Below are positions 42,249 to 51,692 of a stretch of 64,000 nt of DNA, in pieces; position 1 is the stretch's first letter; every line of letters begins with the position of its first letter. The position numbers and the translations under genes are program-made. The DNA is taken from the NCBI GenBank assembly GCA_900551705.1, contig URWY01000003.1:1236-65235 (forward strand). Direction: 5' to 3'. The notes beneath the pieces were generated by a model. That model worked only from the letters and a program-made list of their open reading frames with translations. It was not told where the DNA came from and searched no databases. The stretch is from an uncultured Bacillota bacterium (lineage in GTDB: Bacteria; Bacillota; Clostridia; Christensenellales; UBA1242).

Positions 42249-42959
42249 ATGATATGGGTAATTATAGGCGTTATCGTTTTGTTTTTGATTTTGGCTCTTT
42301 CCATTGCCACATATTCTGGTGCTCAACTCCAAGATACTTATGAAGTATATAATAACGAATTGTGTAGTTCAAAGTTAACTGGCGGGCAATTCGCGTTGAT
42401 GGTGGCAGACAAAGTCACAAATGGCAAAATCAAAGTTGCTAGAACAGCAGGGGTAATGACTGACGCATACAGCAGTAAAGCCAAAACCGTTGTGATTTCA
42501 GACGAAACTTGCGACACTCCATCAGTTGCAGCATTAGCGATTGTAGCTCATGAATTTGGCCATGCTTTGCAAGACTTAAATAACACCAAAAAATTTAAAC
42601 TTAATATTACATTAATGAAACTAACAAGGCACATGGGCTATTTAATGTTCCCTTTAGCTTTGATTGGGCTTTTTTTGCTTCTTGTTTTTAGTGATTTGTA
42701 TGTTGTCGGCATCATTTTATTAGCAATCAGTGCATTAATATTTTTGATTGCCTTGTCCTTGAAATTTTTTTCAATTCCGCTTGAAAGAGATGCTTCTCAT
42801 CGCGGACTCAAAATTTTAAAAGATATGGAAGTTTTGAATGAAGATGAGTTGAAAATGGCACATGAACTTTTGCGTTCAGCACTTTTAACTTATGTTGGAG
42901 ATTTTTTACGAGCAATCTTGTGGTGGACATTCTTGACAAAACGAGCAAAAATGTTTTAA
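42249..42959 (+). CDS. Membrane zinc metallopeptidase (YugP / Zn_peptidase_2 family), copy 1
   Basis: HEFGHALQD. N-terminal and central transmembrane helices. The start is uncertain: TTG 42231 overlaps the trxA terminator, so ATG 42249 is preferred. Confidence 0.7.
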   Translation: MIWVIIGVIVLFLILALSIATYSGAQLQDTYEVYNNELCSSKLTGGQFALMVADKVTNGKIKVARTAGVMTDAYSSKAKTVVISDETCDTPSVAALAIVAHEFGHALQDLNNTKKFKLNITLMKLTRHMGYLMFPLALIGLFLLLVFSDLYVVGIILLAISALIFLIALSLKFFSIPLERDASHRGLKILKDMEVLNEDELKMAHELLRSALLTYVGDFLRAILWWTFLTKRAKMF

Positions 42960-43001
42960 AATTGCTTTTAAATTAATAAAATAGAATAAAGGATTGAAAT
43001 T

Positions 43002-43727
43002 ATGTATGCTATCAGTGCTTATTGGGAATATATTTTAATGGGAATTATCCTAATTCCAGGGTTAATTTTTGCCGCTGTGGCGCAAGCGAAAGTTAATAGT
43101 GCTTATAGGAAATATTCAAAAGTTATTTCAAATAAAAATATCATTGCAAAAGACGCTGCAAGGCAAATTTTGGACGGTGCAGGGCTTCAAGAAGTTGGCA
43201 TAGAAAGTGTTAGTGGAACTTTAACAGACCATTATGATCCACGCTCAAATGTTGTTAGGCTATCGGAAGATATTTCAAATTCGTCATCAATCGCCGCACT
43301 TGGCGTTGCTATGCACGAAGTAGGGCATGCAATTCAACATAACAAAGGATATTTTCCAGCAAAACTTAGAACTTTTGCAGTTGGTTTTTGTAATATTTCT
43401 TCATATTTTTTATGGCCACTTGTTATAATTGGTTTGGTATACAATTTTATATATATTGATGGCATAATCGGAACTGTTTGTTTGTGGTCTGGTGTTGCAT
43501 TCTTTGGAATTGCTATTCTTGTAAACTTAGCTACTTTGCCGGTTGAATATAATGCTTCAAATCGAGCTCTTAAAATTTTAGAATCAACACAAATTTTAGA
43601 TGAATCTGAAATGCCAGGTTGTAAAAAAGTTTTAAGAGCAGCAGGACTAACTTATGTTGCTGCTTTAATCGTTTCAATTTTGAATTTATTGCGCTTTGTC
43701 CTTGTGTTTACAAGGAAAAAAGATTGA
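43002..43727 (+). CDS. Membrane zinc metallopeptidase (YugP / Zn_peptidase_2 family), copy 2
   Basis: HEVGHAIQH, DHYDPRSNVVRLSE. Same topology as copy 1. Confidence 0.75.
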   Translation: MYAISAYWEYILMGIILIPGLIFAAVAQAKVNSAYRKYSKVISNKNIIAKDAARQILDGAGLQEVGIESVSGTLTDHYDPRSNVVRLSEDISNSSSIAALGVAMHEVGHAIQHNKGYFPAKLRTFAVGFCNISSYFLWPLVIIGLVYNFIYIDGIIGTVCLWSGVAFFGIAILVNLATLPVEYNASNRALKILESTQILDESEMPGCKKVLRAAGLTYVAALIVSILNLLRFVLVFTRKKD

Positions 43728-43770
43728 CAAATTTAACCATATTTCGACAAAATATGTGCTTTTTCGCTTA

Positions 43771-43808
43771 AAAATTTTGTAAATTTATCGAAAAATTTAC
43801 AAAATTTT
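43771..43808. repeat. Perfect 16-bp inverted repeat, aaaattttgtaaattt-atcgaa-aaatttacaaaatttt
   Basis: Read directly from the sequence. It lies between the peptidase stop and the TGTGTTATAAT promoter of the Rho-like gene. Confidence 0.8.
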
Positions 43809-43862
43809 TTATTTTATTTGATTTTTGTAAAAAATGTGTTATAATATTTTTCGAAAATAGGT

Positions 43863-45035
43863 ATGGAAAAGAAAATAACTCAGGAATTTCTTAAAGAATT
43901 AGGTATTTATGAATTACGCGAACTTGCAAGGCAGGTTGGCGTGGAGTCCCCAACAACAAAAAAGAGAGCGGAACTTTGTGAGCATATTTTGAAAATATCT
44001 TCAGGAGAAATGCAACCTACAACCACAAATTCAAACAAGGGTAGACCGCCGAAATCGGTATCTAGAGTGCTTGGCATTGCCCAAGAAGTCTTTCCAAAAG
44101 GCTTGTTAAATTTGAAATCGCAAACCAAACAAAATGAGTTTTGTTATTCTAACATTTTGAAATTCTCACAATCACAATTTACAGATTTTAACAGAAAAGA
44201 CGAGCATTTTGTTCAAGGCTACATCAAAATATATCAAGGCAAATATTATGTTTTAAATCATGAAATATATCCTTTTAATTCAACAAAAGTTATTTATGTT
44301 CCAGATAATTTTATAGACGAACTTTCGCTTAGAGAAGGAGATAAAATTGAAGGAATTGCAAATCCTGTTAAAGATGATGAAGAGTGCGGAACACTTTCAC
44401 AAATTAACTTTGTTAATGATAAAGAAATCGCAAATCATTTAGCAATTAGAAAAAATTTAGACATAAATCTTGCTCAAAAAACAAGTGAAAAAATCAATAT
44501 ATTAGGGAATGAAATTTACAAAGGTTCGAGAATTCTTTTTAATTCACAAAACCCACAATTGGCAACTGAAATGCTTGTTGATATGGTAGATAATGACGAA
44601 AGCAAAACGAAATACATTTTTGTTGGCGCAGAACTTTCACCAGAAAACTTATTTTTCTTTCAATCAAGGCAAAAAATTGATAAATTCATGACAGGTTATG
44701 GTCAAGAATTGCAACTTGTTTCTCAAAATATAAACAATGCTATTAAGTATGCTGAAACTTTGCTAAGAGATGGAAATAAAATCAACTTTGTAATTTTTGA
44801 TTTATATGGTCTTTTAAACAGCCTAGATATGTTCTATGCAAGCGAGCCATGCGGCGAATTTCATGATCACAAAGTCAACACAATTTTGCACATTAAAAAA
44901 CTTGTTGGCCTTGGCAGAGCAATATCGGAAGATGCTTTCATAAACACAATTTCTGTTATTTTTGAAAAAGATAAAGATAAAACTTTTGTGAAAGATGAAT
45001 TAGACAGCATTATCACAGAAGAAATTGATAAATAA
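43863..45035 (+). CDS. Rho-architecture protein (Rho_N, CSD-like domain, RecA-like domain) lacking Walker A
   Basis: LKELGIYELRELARQVGVESPTTKKRAELCEHI is Rho_N-like. VQGYIKIYQGKYYVL..IYVPDNFIDELSLREGDKIEG is the RNA-binding OB-like part. KGSRILFNSQNPQLATEMLVDM sits where Rho has RGLIVAPPKAGKTMLLQNI. Confidence 0.5.
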   Translation: MEKKITQEFLKELGIYELRELARQVGVESPTTKKRAELCEHILKISSGEMQPTTTNSNKGRPPKSVSRVLGIAQEVFPKGLLNLKSQTKQNEFCYSNILKFSQSQFTDFNRKDEHFVQGYIKIYQGKYYVLNHEIYPFNSTKVIYVPDNFIDELSLREGDKIEGIANPVKDDEECGTLSQINFVNDKEIANHLAIRKNLDINLAQKTSEKINILGNEIYKGSRILFNSQNPQLATEMLVDMVDNDESKTKYIFVGAELSPENLFFFQSRQKIDKFMTGYGQELQLVSQNINNAIKYAETLLRDGNKINFVIFDLYGLLNSLDMFYASEPCGEFHDHKVNTILHIKKLVGLGRAISEDAFINTISVIFEKDKDKTFVKDELDSIITEEIDK

Positions 45036-45060
45036 TAAAATTATTGTTAATAATTAGAGC

Positions 45061-45558
45061 ATGAAAAAGTCAATATTTTCCATGCTCTTTGTTTTATTTA
45101 TCGCTCTGATTTATCTAGCATTACTTATTTTGTCAGTGTTTGGCGTCATATTTCCATTTTATAAAAACTGGTTTTCGTTTGGGCTTATAGCGCTTTCATT
45201 AACGCTATTTCCGCGTTATGTCTTTTACGGCATAGACACAAATTTATGGGTGGGATTGGTGTTGATTTTATGTGGAGCATTTGGAATTGTCTCCGAATTT
45301 TACAAGTTGAATTTAGTTTATAACTTTGTTGGATATATATTTTCTTTTGGAATTTCATCGTTGATAATTTTCTTGTTTTTTCGACAAATTTTTCACCTTA
45401 AAATATTTACATTTGCACTTTTGTTTGATATAATCTTAGTTGTATATGCAAATGGGCTGCTTAGTTTATGGGCAATGATTTCGCTGCTTGTGCTTACAGC
45501 CGTTATCGCAACTATATTTGCAGTCAAAGCAATAATATCAAACACGAGGAAAGTATGA
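45061..45558 (+). CDS. Polytopic membrane protein of unknown function (165 aa)
   Basis: About 5 hydrophobic helices. Its stop overlaps the next start (ATGA). Confidence 0.55.
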   Translation: MKKSIFSMLFVLFIALIYLALLILSVFGVIFPFYKNWFSFGLIALSLTLFPRYVFYGIDTNLWVGLVLILCGAFGIVSEFYKLNLVYNFVGYIFSFGISSLIIFLFFRQIFHLKIFTFALLFDIILVVYANGLLSLWAMISLLVLTAVIATIFAVKAIISNTRKV

Positions 45559-46373
45559 AATTTTCTAATCAAAAAAATGGTTATAATAGGGAAGAAGTAG
45601 ATAAATTTCTTGCTGAATTAGCAAAAGAAAAAGAGCAACTTATTAACGAAAAAGACGAAGAAATCGCAAAACTTAAAGGCGAGATATCTGTTATTCAAGG
45701 GAAAAGTGACTCTATCGCACTTGCGTTGACTGCGGCAGTTGATAAAGCAAAAGACATAGAAGAAAGTTCTAAAAATATTTACAAACTTAAAATTGAGCAA
45801 CTAACAATTTTATATACAAAATGGGAAACACTCCTTAACGAAATGTTAAGGAAATATCCTGCTATTAGTGAAGTGTCTAATGTTAAGGAGGATATGCTTA
45901 AATTGAAAAATTCTATAAACAGTGCTTTGAAAGACGACTTTAATGTTGAAATTATGAACACAAATCCCGCAACAGACCCAATTAGGGCACTTTTAAATAA
46001 ACTTACAGGACTCAAAGCAAAGAGTTTGCAAGACAAAAAAGAGCGTCAAGTTAAAATTGAGCGCAAAGTTAAAGTCAGCGCAGAAGACAAAACAGAACTT
46101 GTTAAACTTGAAGAAAAAGCACCAAATATTAAGCCAATTATAGACATTAAATTATCAGAAAATGACAACGAAAAGTATGAAAATTTGGTTGATAAGTTTT
46201 TAGATTCTGATGACGAAAATGACAGCGCATTTGCAAAATCTTTAACAGTGAATAAACCTACAACATCGGCGTTTGTTCCAAATGAAACGGGCTTTGATTT
46301 AAATGAGTGTATTAATCCAACGGACGATTTGACCGAGATAATGAAGTCATTTGATTTTTATGAAGCAAATTAA
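45555..46373 (+). CDS. DivIVA-domain protein
   Basis: MKFSNQKNGYNREEVDKFLAELAKEKEQL, followed by coiled coil. Start ATG 45555, after GAGGAAAG. Confidence 0.75.
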   Translation: MKFSNQKNGYNREEVDKFLAELAKEKEQLINEKDEEIAKLKGEISVIQGKSDSIALALTAAVDKAKDIEESSKNIYKLKIEQLTILYTKWETLLNEMLRKYPAISEVSNVKEDMLKLKNSINSALKDDFNVEIMNTNPATDPIRALLNKLTGLKAKSLQDKKERQVKIERKVKVSAEDKTELVKLEEKAPNIKPIIDIKLSENDNEKYENLVDKFLDSDDENDSAFAKSLTVNKPTTSAFVPNETGFDLNECINPTDDLTEIMKSFDFYEAN

Positions 46374-46396
46374 CAGCAATTAACTTGCTGTTTTTT
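46373..46396 (+). terminator. Rho-independent terminator of the DivIVA-domain gene
   Basis: acagcaa / ttgctgt stem followed by T6. Confidence 0.7.
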
Positions 46397-46429
46397 ATTT
46401 ATGTAAATTTTTTATGTGTGTAAAATTGT

Positions 46430-46458
46430 TTGACAACTCAACGCTAAAAAGTTAAAAT
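46430..46458 (+). promoter_or_regulatory. Sigma-A-type promoter, TTGACA-17-TAAAAT
   Basis: Hexamers at 46430-46435 and 46453-46458, upstream of ORF 46488. Confidence 0.6.
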
Positions 46459-46487
46459 AAAAATATAAAATCAAAAATGGGGGAAAC

Positions 46488-47228
46488 ATGAAACAAAAAA
46501 CTTTGCATAAAGTGTATATTTCAATAATTGCAGTGCTTATTTTGCTGCTTGTTTCTTCAATCGTAATGGGCGTAACAGGTGCTTGGTTCGGTTCTAATAG
46601 AGAAATCTCCGGCAAAGTAAACCTAACTCCTGGCATTAAAGTTGATTTTGGCTATAACACGCCAAATCCAACAATAGATTATGACGAAAACACACAAGAA
46701 TTTTGGCTTTTAAAATACGATGTTAATTCGTATTCAGATTTGAATGACGAAACAACAATTTCAAGGCTTGATGTGCATAATGTAAGGCCTAACGGCAAAA
46801 TTGCCGTTGTAAATCCTGTTATGACATCACTTACAACAGACAATTTCTATTTGCGTGCTAAAATCTTGTATAGAGATGAAATTACAGGCAATTTATTAAC
46901 AAATGAACAAATGTTGGAGGCTTTTGGCAATTTAAGTCCGCTTAAATTTGGCGAAAACTGGCTTGTTGATGAAAATGGCGAGTGGGCGTATTATGTTGGA
47001 AATAAAACAGAATGGACTGGCGGCAAAGCAAACGCTGGTGACCTTTTGTTGATTGAAGAATATATGCAAGTTTCATTTTTAAAAACATCAACAGTGAACG
47101 CAATTAAATTTTCACCATTTGAAATAGCAGGCGGCACAGTTGAACACTTTTCATTCACAGGTTTCAATGTTATTTTGCAAATTCAAGCGATTGAAGCGGC
47201 TTATGTAAATGAGCAATTTTTCGCTTAA
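46488..47228 (+). CDS. Secreted protein with a SipW-dependent-type signal peptide (TasA/camelysin-like)
   Basis: N-terminus K-rich, then a hydrophobic helix, then GVTGAWFGSNRE. C-terminal ..VILQIQAIEAAYVN strand. Confidence 0.5.
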   Translation: MKQKTLHKVYISIIAVLILLLVSSIVMGVTGAWFGSNREISGKVNLTPGIKVDFGYNTPNPTIDYDENTQEFWLLKYDVNSYSDLNDETTISRLDVHNVRPNGKIAVVNPVMTSLTTDNFYLRAKILYRDEITGNLLTNEQMLEAFGNLSPLKFGENWLVDENGEWAYYVGNKTEWTGGKANAGDLLLIEEYMQVSFLKTSTVNAIKFSPFEIAGGTVEHFSFTGFNVILQIQAIEAAYVNEQFFA

Positions 47229-47378
47229 TTAAATTCATATAAAATTTGTCAAAAAAATCAATTTTTTTGTAATTTCCTATTTTAAATTTTAAATAAATGT
47301 GTTATAATCAAATAGTATTAAAAATAGAGTTAAATTTTTAACTTTATTTTTTGTAGAAATAGTTTAACGGAGATTGTT

Positions 47379-50297
47379 GTGGCTAAGGAAAAGAAGGTTT
47401 CTAGGAAAAAAGTGCGTTTGATTGTTGGCATAGGTTTGATCACTCTTTCAACCCTATGTTTTATTCCATTGTTCACGGGGCTTATCGGCTTTTTGAAGCA
47501 CTTTTTGCTTGGTACTTTTGGCCTTTTCGCTTATCCGCTTTTTGTTTTAACATTTGTAATCGGTTTAGCACTTATTAATAAAAGGCATTATGTTATGCCT
47601 GCAAAATATATCGTTTACATTTCTTGCTCGCTTATCAGTTTGCTTGCAATCATTCAAATGGCTATCATGCACAAATTTGAAGGCAAATTTTTTGAATTTT
47701 TAGGCGCTTGCTACACCAAACAATTAACACCTGGCGGAATTATTATCGGCATATTTTTAGCACCAATTAAATACACGCTTAACAACATCGGCGCGTATGT
47801 TATTTTTTCAATTTTATTTATTGTTTTCACTTGGTTGACAGTTGACTTTTTGATTTATATGAGAAAAAATGCCGACAAAGGAAAAGTCATAAAAGTTGTT
47901 AAAGACAAACAAGAACAAGAAGAAATTGTAAAGCCAAAAGAGAAAAAAGAAAAAGTTGTTGAGAAAAAGGAAGTCAAACAACCAGTTGTTAACGAAAAGA
48001 AAGGCGAATGGGTTGTTGATAGTGAAGGCAACTTGATTGGCAGGGAAGGTGAAGAAATAACGACTCTTTCAAAGTTGGATAGAGCGATTGAGAAGAGAAA
48101 GAAAAAAGAAAAAGAACCTGAAACAAAAATAACTTTAAATGCAAAAATTGAAGAAGAAAACAATTCCGAAATAAATGCAAAAAGAAAATTGGGGCTTATA
48201 AAAAGTGGCGTTATTGAAACAAGTGAGAACATTGCAAAAGAACCAGCAACACCACTGCAACAAAAATTGCAAAATCATGAGATTTCAAGAAAAGACTATA
48301 TTTTGACACCACCAAACTTTTTAGATGTTGTTTCCTATGCAAATAAAACACCAAAAGTTGTAAACGAAAGCGTATCAAACAATTTCGCAAGTGAAATGAA
48401 CGCTACAATTGCATCAATGAAACAAGAAAGCAGTCAAATCACAGAACCAGAAAAGGTTTTCCACGAAGATGGCATCAACTTTTTCAAAAACAGAATTACA
48501 GAAAACAAAGGCAAAAATTTTGATAGTAGCATAAATTTTGTTGACTTAGATAATGTTGACTACGATAATCACGCAAATTTTCATAATCAACATCAACTTA
48601 ATGATGAACACGAAGAAGATAACGAAATAGTTGAAGAACACGAAGAAAATGTTGAAGAAGACAGCGTTTCAACCGCAAAAGCAGGGGAATTTATCAATCA
48701 AATTTTAGATGACGATAACAAAACCGTAAGTATCAAAGCGGAAGAAATCAAACCTAAGAAAGAAAGTGTTCAACTTGAAATTCAAGGGGCAGAAAAGAAA
48801 AGTCAAGTTGAAACACCAAAGAACTTTTACAAAAAACCACCAAAATATGTTCGTCCACCAATCGATTTGTTGCAAACGATTGAAAACAACAATTTTGATA
48901 TGCAAGCAAGCGTTCAAGAAAACGCACACAAACTTGAAGAAAGTTTGTTGAATTTCAATATTCCAGCAAAAGTTGTTAGAATTGTAATTGGCCCAGCAGT
49001 TACAAGATATGAACTTGAAATGCCAGCAGGCATTCCAATTAAGAAGATTTTGTCGCACCAAGACGACATCGCATATTCAATCGCATCAAACGGGAATATC
49101 AGAATTGAAGCGCCAATTTTAGGCAGAAGTGCAGTTGGTATTGAAGTTCCAAACGATAAAATTTCAACAATTGGAATTAAAGAAATTATCAATTCAAGAG
49201 AGTTTATAGAAGCAAAACAACCATTAACTTTTGCTCTTGGCAAAGACATTAACGGCGATGTAAAACTTTGCGATTTAGCAAAAATGCCACACCTGCTTGT
49301 TGCTGGAGCAACTGGTTCTGGTAAATCTGTTTGCTTAAACTCAATAATTATTTCACTAATTTATAGAACTTCACCAGAAGATTTAAGGTTAATTTTGATT
49401 GACCCTAAACGCGTTGAATTTTCAATATACGATGGCTTGCCACACTTGTTGCAACCAAGAATTATTTCAGACATTGACAAAGCAATTAATGCTCTTAACT
49501 GGTCTATTGCGGAAATGGAAAGAAGGTTTAGCCTTTTCCAAAATGTTCGCGCAAGAAACTTAGCAGAATATAACATGAGCAGTGCAGTTGTTAATGGTGA
49601 ACAAGAAAAATTGCCTCTCATCGTCATTATCATTGATGAGCTTGCAGACTTTATGATTCAAGCAAAGAAAGACCTTGAAGATAAAATCGCAAGGCTTGCA
49701 GCAAAAGCGCGTGCTTGTGGTATTCACTTAATTTTAGCAACTCAAAGACCATCTGTAAATGTCATCACAGGAACAATTAAAGCAAACTTCCCATCAAGAA
49801 TTGCCTTTGCAGTTATGAGTTATGTTGACTCAAAAACTATTATTGATGCTGCTGGCGCAGAAAAACTTCTTGGTAAGGGCGATATGCTTTATTTCCCAAA
49901 TGATAGGCCAGAGCCAACAAGAATTCAAGGTTGCTTTGTTTCAACAAAAGAAGTTGAACAAGTTGTTGAATATGTTAAAGCAAATAATCCTTCTGAATAT
50001 GACATGGAAATTGCAAAAACTTTAACAGCATCACCAAAAGCATCGTTTGGAGATAACGCAACCGAAGGTTCATGTGATGAATTGTTGCCACTTGCGCTTA
50101 AATACATTATTGAAAATGGTCAAGCGTCAATTACAATGATTCAACGCAAATTTGAAGTTGGTTATCCAAGGGCAGCAAGAATGTTAGACCAAATGGTAGA
50201 AGCTAATTATATTTCAGGCGCTGACGGCTCTAAACCACGCTCTGTTTACATCACAATGGAGCAATGGGAAGAACTTTTCGGCGATGACGGAGAATAA
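47379..50297 (+). CDS. ftsK: DNA translocase FtsK/SpoIIIE
   Basis: N-terminal transmembrane helices, long acidic/basic linker, motor domain GATGSGKSVCLN..IVIIIDELADF, gamma wHTH domain at the C-terminus. Confidence 0.9.
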   Translation: MAKEKKVSRKKVRLIVGIGLITLSTLCFIPLFTGLIGFLKHFLLGTFGLFAYPLFVLTFVIGLALINKRHYVMPAKYIVYISCSLISLLAIIQMAIMHKFEGKFFEFLGACYTKQLTPGGIIIGIFLAPIKYTLNNIGAYVIFSILFIVFTWLTVDFLIYMRKNADKGKVIKVVKDKQEQEEIVKPKEKKEKVVEKKEVKQPVVNEKKGEWVVDSEGNLIGREGEEITTLSKLDRAIEKRKKKEKEPETKITLNAKIEEENNSEINAKRKLGLIKSGVIETSENIAKEPATPLQQKLQNHEISRKDYILTPPNFLDVVSYANKTPKVVNESVSNNFASEMNATIASMKQESSQITEPEKVFHEDGINFFKNRITENKGKNFDSSINFVDLDNVDYDNHANFHNQHQLNDEHEEDNEIVEEHEENVEEDSVSTAKAGEFINQILDDDNKTVSIKAEEIKPKKESVQLEIQGAEKKSQVETPKNFYKKPPKYVRPPIDLLQTIENNNFDMQASVQENAHKLEESLLNFNIPAKVVRIVIGPAVTRYELEMPAGIPIKKILSHQDDIAYSIASNGNIRIEAPILGRSAVGIEVPNDKISTIGIKEIINSREFIEAKQPLTFALGKDINGDVKLCDLAKMPHLLVAGATGSGKSVCLNSIIISLIYRTSPEDLRLILIDPKRVEFSIYDGLPHLLQPRIISDIDKAINALNWSIAEMERRFSLFQNVRARNLAEYNMSSAVVNGEQEKLPLIVIIIDELADFMIQAKKDLEDKIARLAAKARACGIHLILATQRPSVNVITGTIKANFPSRIAFAVMSYVDSKTIIDAAGAEKLLGKGDMLYFPNDRPEPTRIQGCFVSTKEVEQVVEYVKANNPSEYDMEIAKTLTASPKASFGDNATEGSCDELLPLALKYIIENGQASITMIQRKFEVGYPRAARMLDQMVEANYISGADGSKPRSVYITMEQWEELFGDDGE

Positions 50298-50301
50298 TTT
50301 T

Positions 50302-51642
50302 ATGGCAAATGAAGAAATAACATTGGAAGATTTCAAAACTAAAAAAATTGCATATATTTCTTTGGGGTGTGACAAAAACAGGGTCGACCTTGAAGAAATG
50401 ATGCAATCAATAGAAGATTTTGGTCTTAAAATGGTAAATATTGAAGATGCAGACATCGTGCTTGTTAATACTTGTGCGTTTATTTTACCAGCAAGACAAG
50501 AAGCAATCGAAAACATTTTGGAAATGATTGAACTCAAAAAACGCGGCAAACTCGAAAAAGTGATAGTAACTGGCTGTTTAAATCAAAGGTATTTAGAAGA
50601 ACTTAAAAATTATCTTCCAGAAGTTGATGCATTTGTGCCAATCAAAGATAATAAAGATATAGTAGAGATAATTGCCGATACATATAATCTTGATATTGAA
50701 ATCAAGAAAAAAAACGACAAGCAAAAAGCAATGGCTCCAAAGCACTTTGCATATTTAAAAATTGCTGATGGTTGCAATAATGGTTGTTCATATTGCACAA
50801 TTCCAAGGATTAGGGGAAGATATCGCTCAGTGCCTTTTGAAGATGTTATCAAACGCGCAAAAGAACTTGTAAGTGGCGGTGCGAAAGAGTTGATTATCGT
50901 TGCACAAGATGTGACAAGATATGGCATTGACCTATACAAAAAATATAGGCTCGTTGAACTTTTAAGAGAACTTTCAAAAATCAAAAATGTTAAGTGGATT
51001 AGGCTCCATTACTTGTATCCAGAACTTGTAACGGACGAACTTTTAGATGAAATTAACAATAACAGCAAAATTTGCAAATATTTGGATATTCCATTGCAAC
51101 ACATTGATGACAGCATCTTAAAAAGCATGAATAGGCGTGCTGGCGAAGCGGAAGTAAGGGCACTTTTGGACAAAATAAGAGCGAATTATCCAAACATTTG
51201 CATTCGCTCAACATTCATAATTGGCTATCCACATGAAACAAGCTTGAAATTTAAAAAATTAATCAATTTCTTGAAAGAATACAAATTGGAAGAAGTCGGT
51301 TTCTTCCCTTATAGCCGCGAAGAAGGAACAAAAGCGTTCTATTTAAAAGGTCAAGTTTTTGAATTTATCAAGCGTAAACGCGTGAAAAAGATAGAACAAG
51401 TTCAAGCAGAAATCGCAAATGAAATCAACCAAAGTCAAATTGGTCAAGTTGTTGAAGTTGTCGTTGACGCTTTTGACAGCGAAGAAGGATATTTCATTGC
51501 AAGAACCGAAAAACAAAGTCCAAATGTCGATTTTAATGTCAAAATTGATTGCAGCGAGAATGTAGAAGTCGGTCAATTCTATAAAGCAAAAATTATCGGC
51601 TTTGAAGGATATTCTTTTATCGCCACAACTAAATTAGACTAA
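50302..51642 (+). CDS. rimO: Ribosomal protein S12 methylthiotransferase RimO (MiaB-family radical SAM)
   Basis: ISLGCDKNRVDLEEM, VTGCLNQRY, CNNGCSYCTIP, C-terminal TRAM domain. Confidence 0.75.
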   Translation: MANEEITLEDFKTKKIAYISLGCDKNRVDLEEMMQSIEDFGLKMVNIEDADIVLVNTCAFILPARQEAIENILEMIELKKRGKLEKVIVTGCLNQRYLEELKNYLPEVDAFVPIKDNKDIVEIIADTYNLDIEIKKKNDKQKAMAPKHFAYLKIADGCNNGCSYCTIPRIRGRYRSVPFEDVIKRAKELVSGGAKELIIVAQDVTRYGIDLYKKYRLVELLRELSKIKNVKWIRLHYLYPELVTDELLDEINNNSKICKYLDIPLQHIDDSILKSMNRRAGEAEVRALLDKIRANYPNICIRSTFIIGYPHETSLKFKKLINFLKEYKLEEVGFFPYSREEGTKAFYLKGQVFEFIKRKRVKKIEQVQAEIANEINQSQIGQVVEVVVDAFDSEEGYFIARTEKQSPNVDFNVKIDCSENVEVGQFYKAKIIGFEGYSFIATTKLD

Positions 51643-51692
51643 TCGTTTTGGAAATTTATAATTGTTTGATAAAATAAAATTAAGGAGTTTTT

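Noticed and set aside
45468-45554. N-terminal extension of the DivIVA-domain ORF overlapping the upstream membrane-protein gene.
   Set aside because: The ATG at 45555 overlaps the upstream stop (ATGA), has a GAGGAAAG Shine-Dalgarno, and starts exactly at the conserved DivIVA N-terminus.
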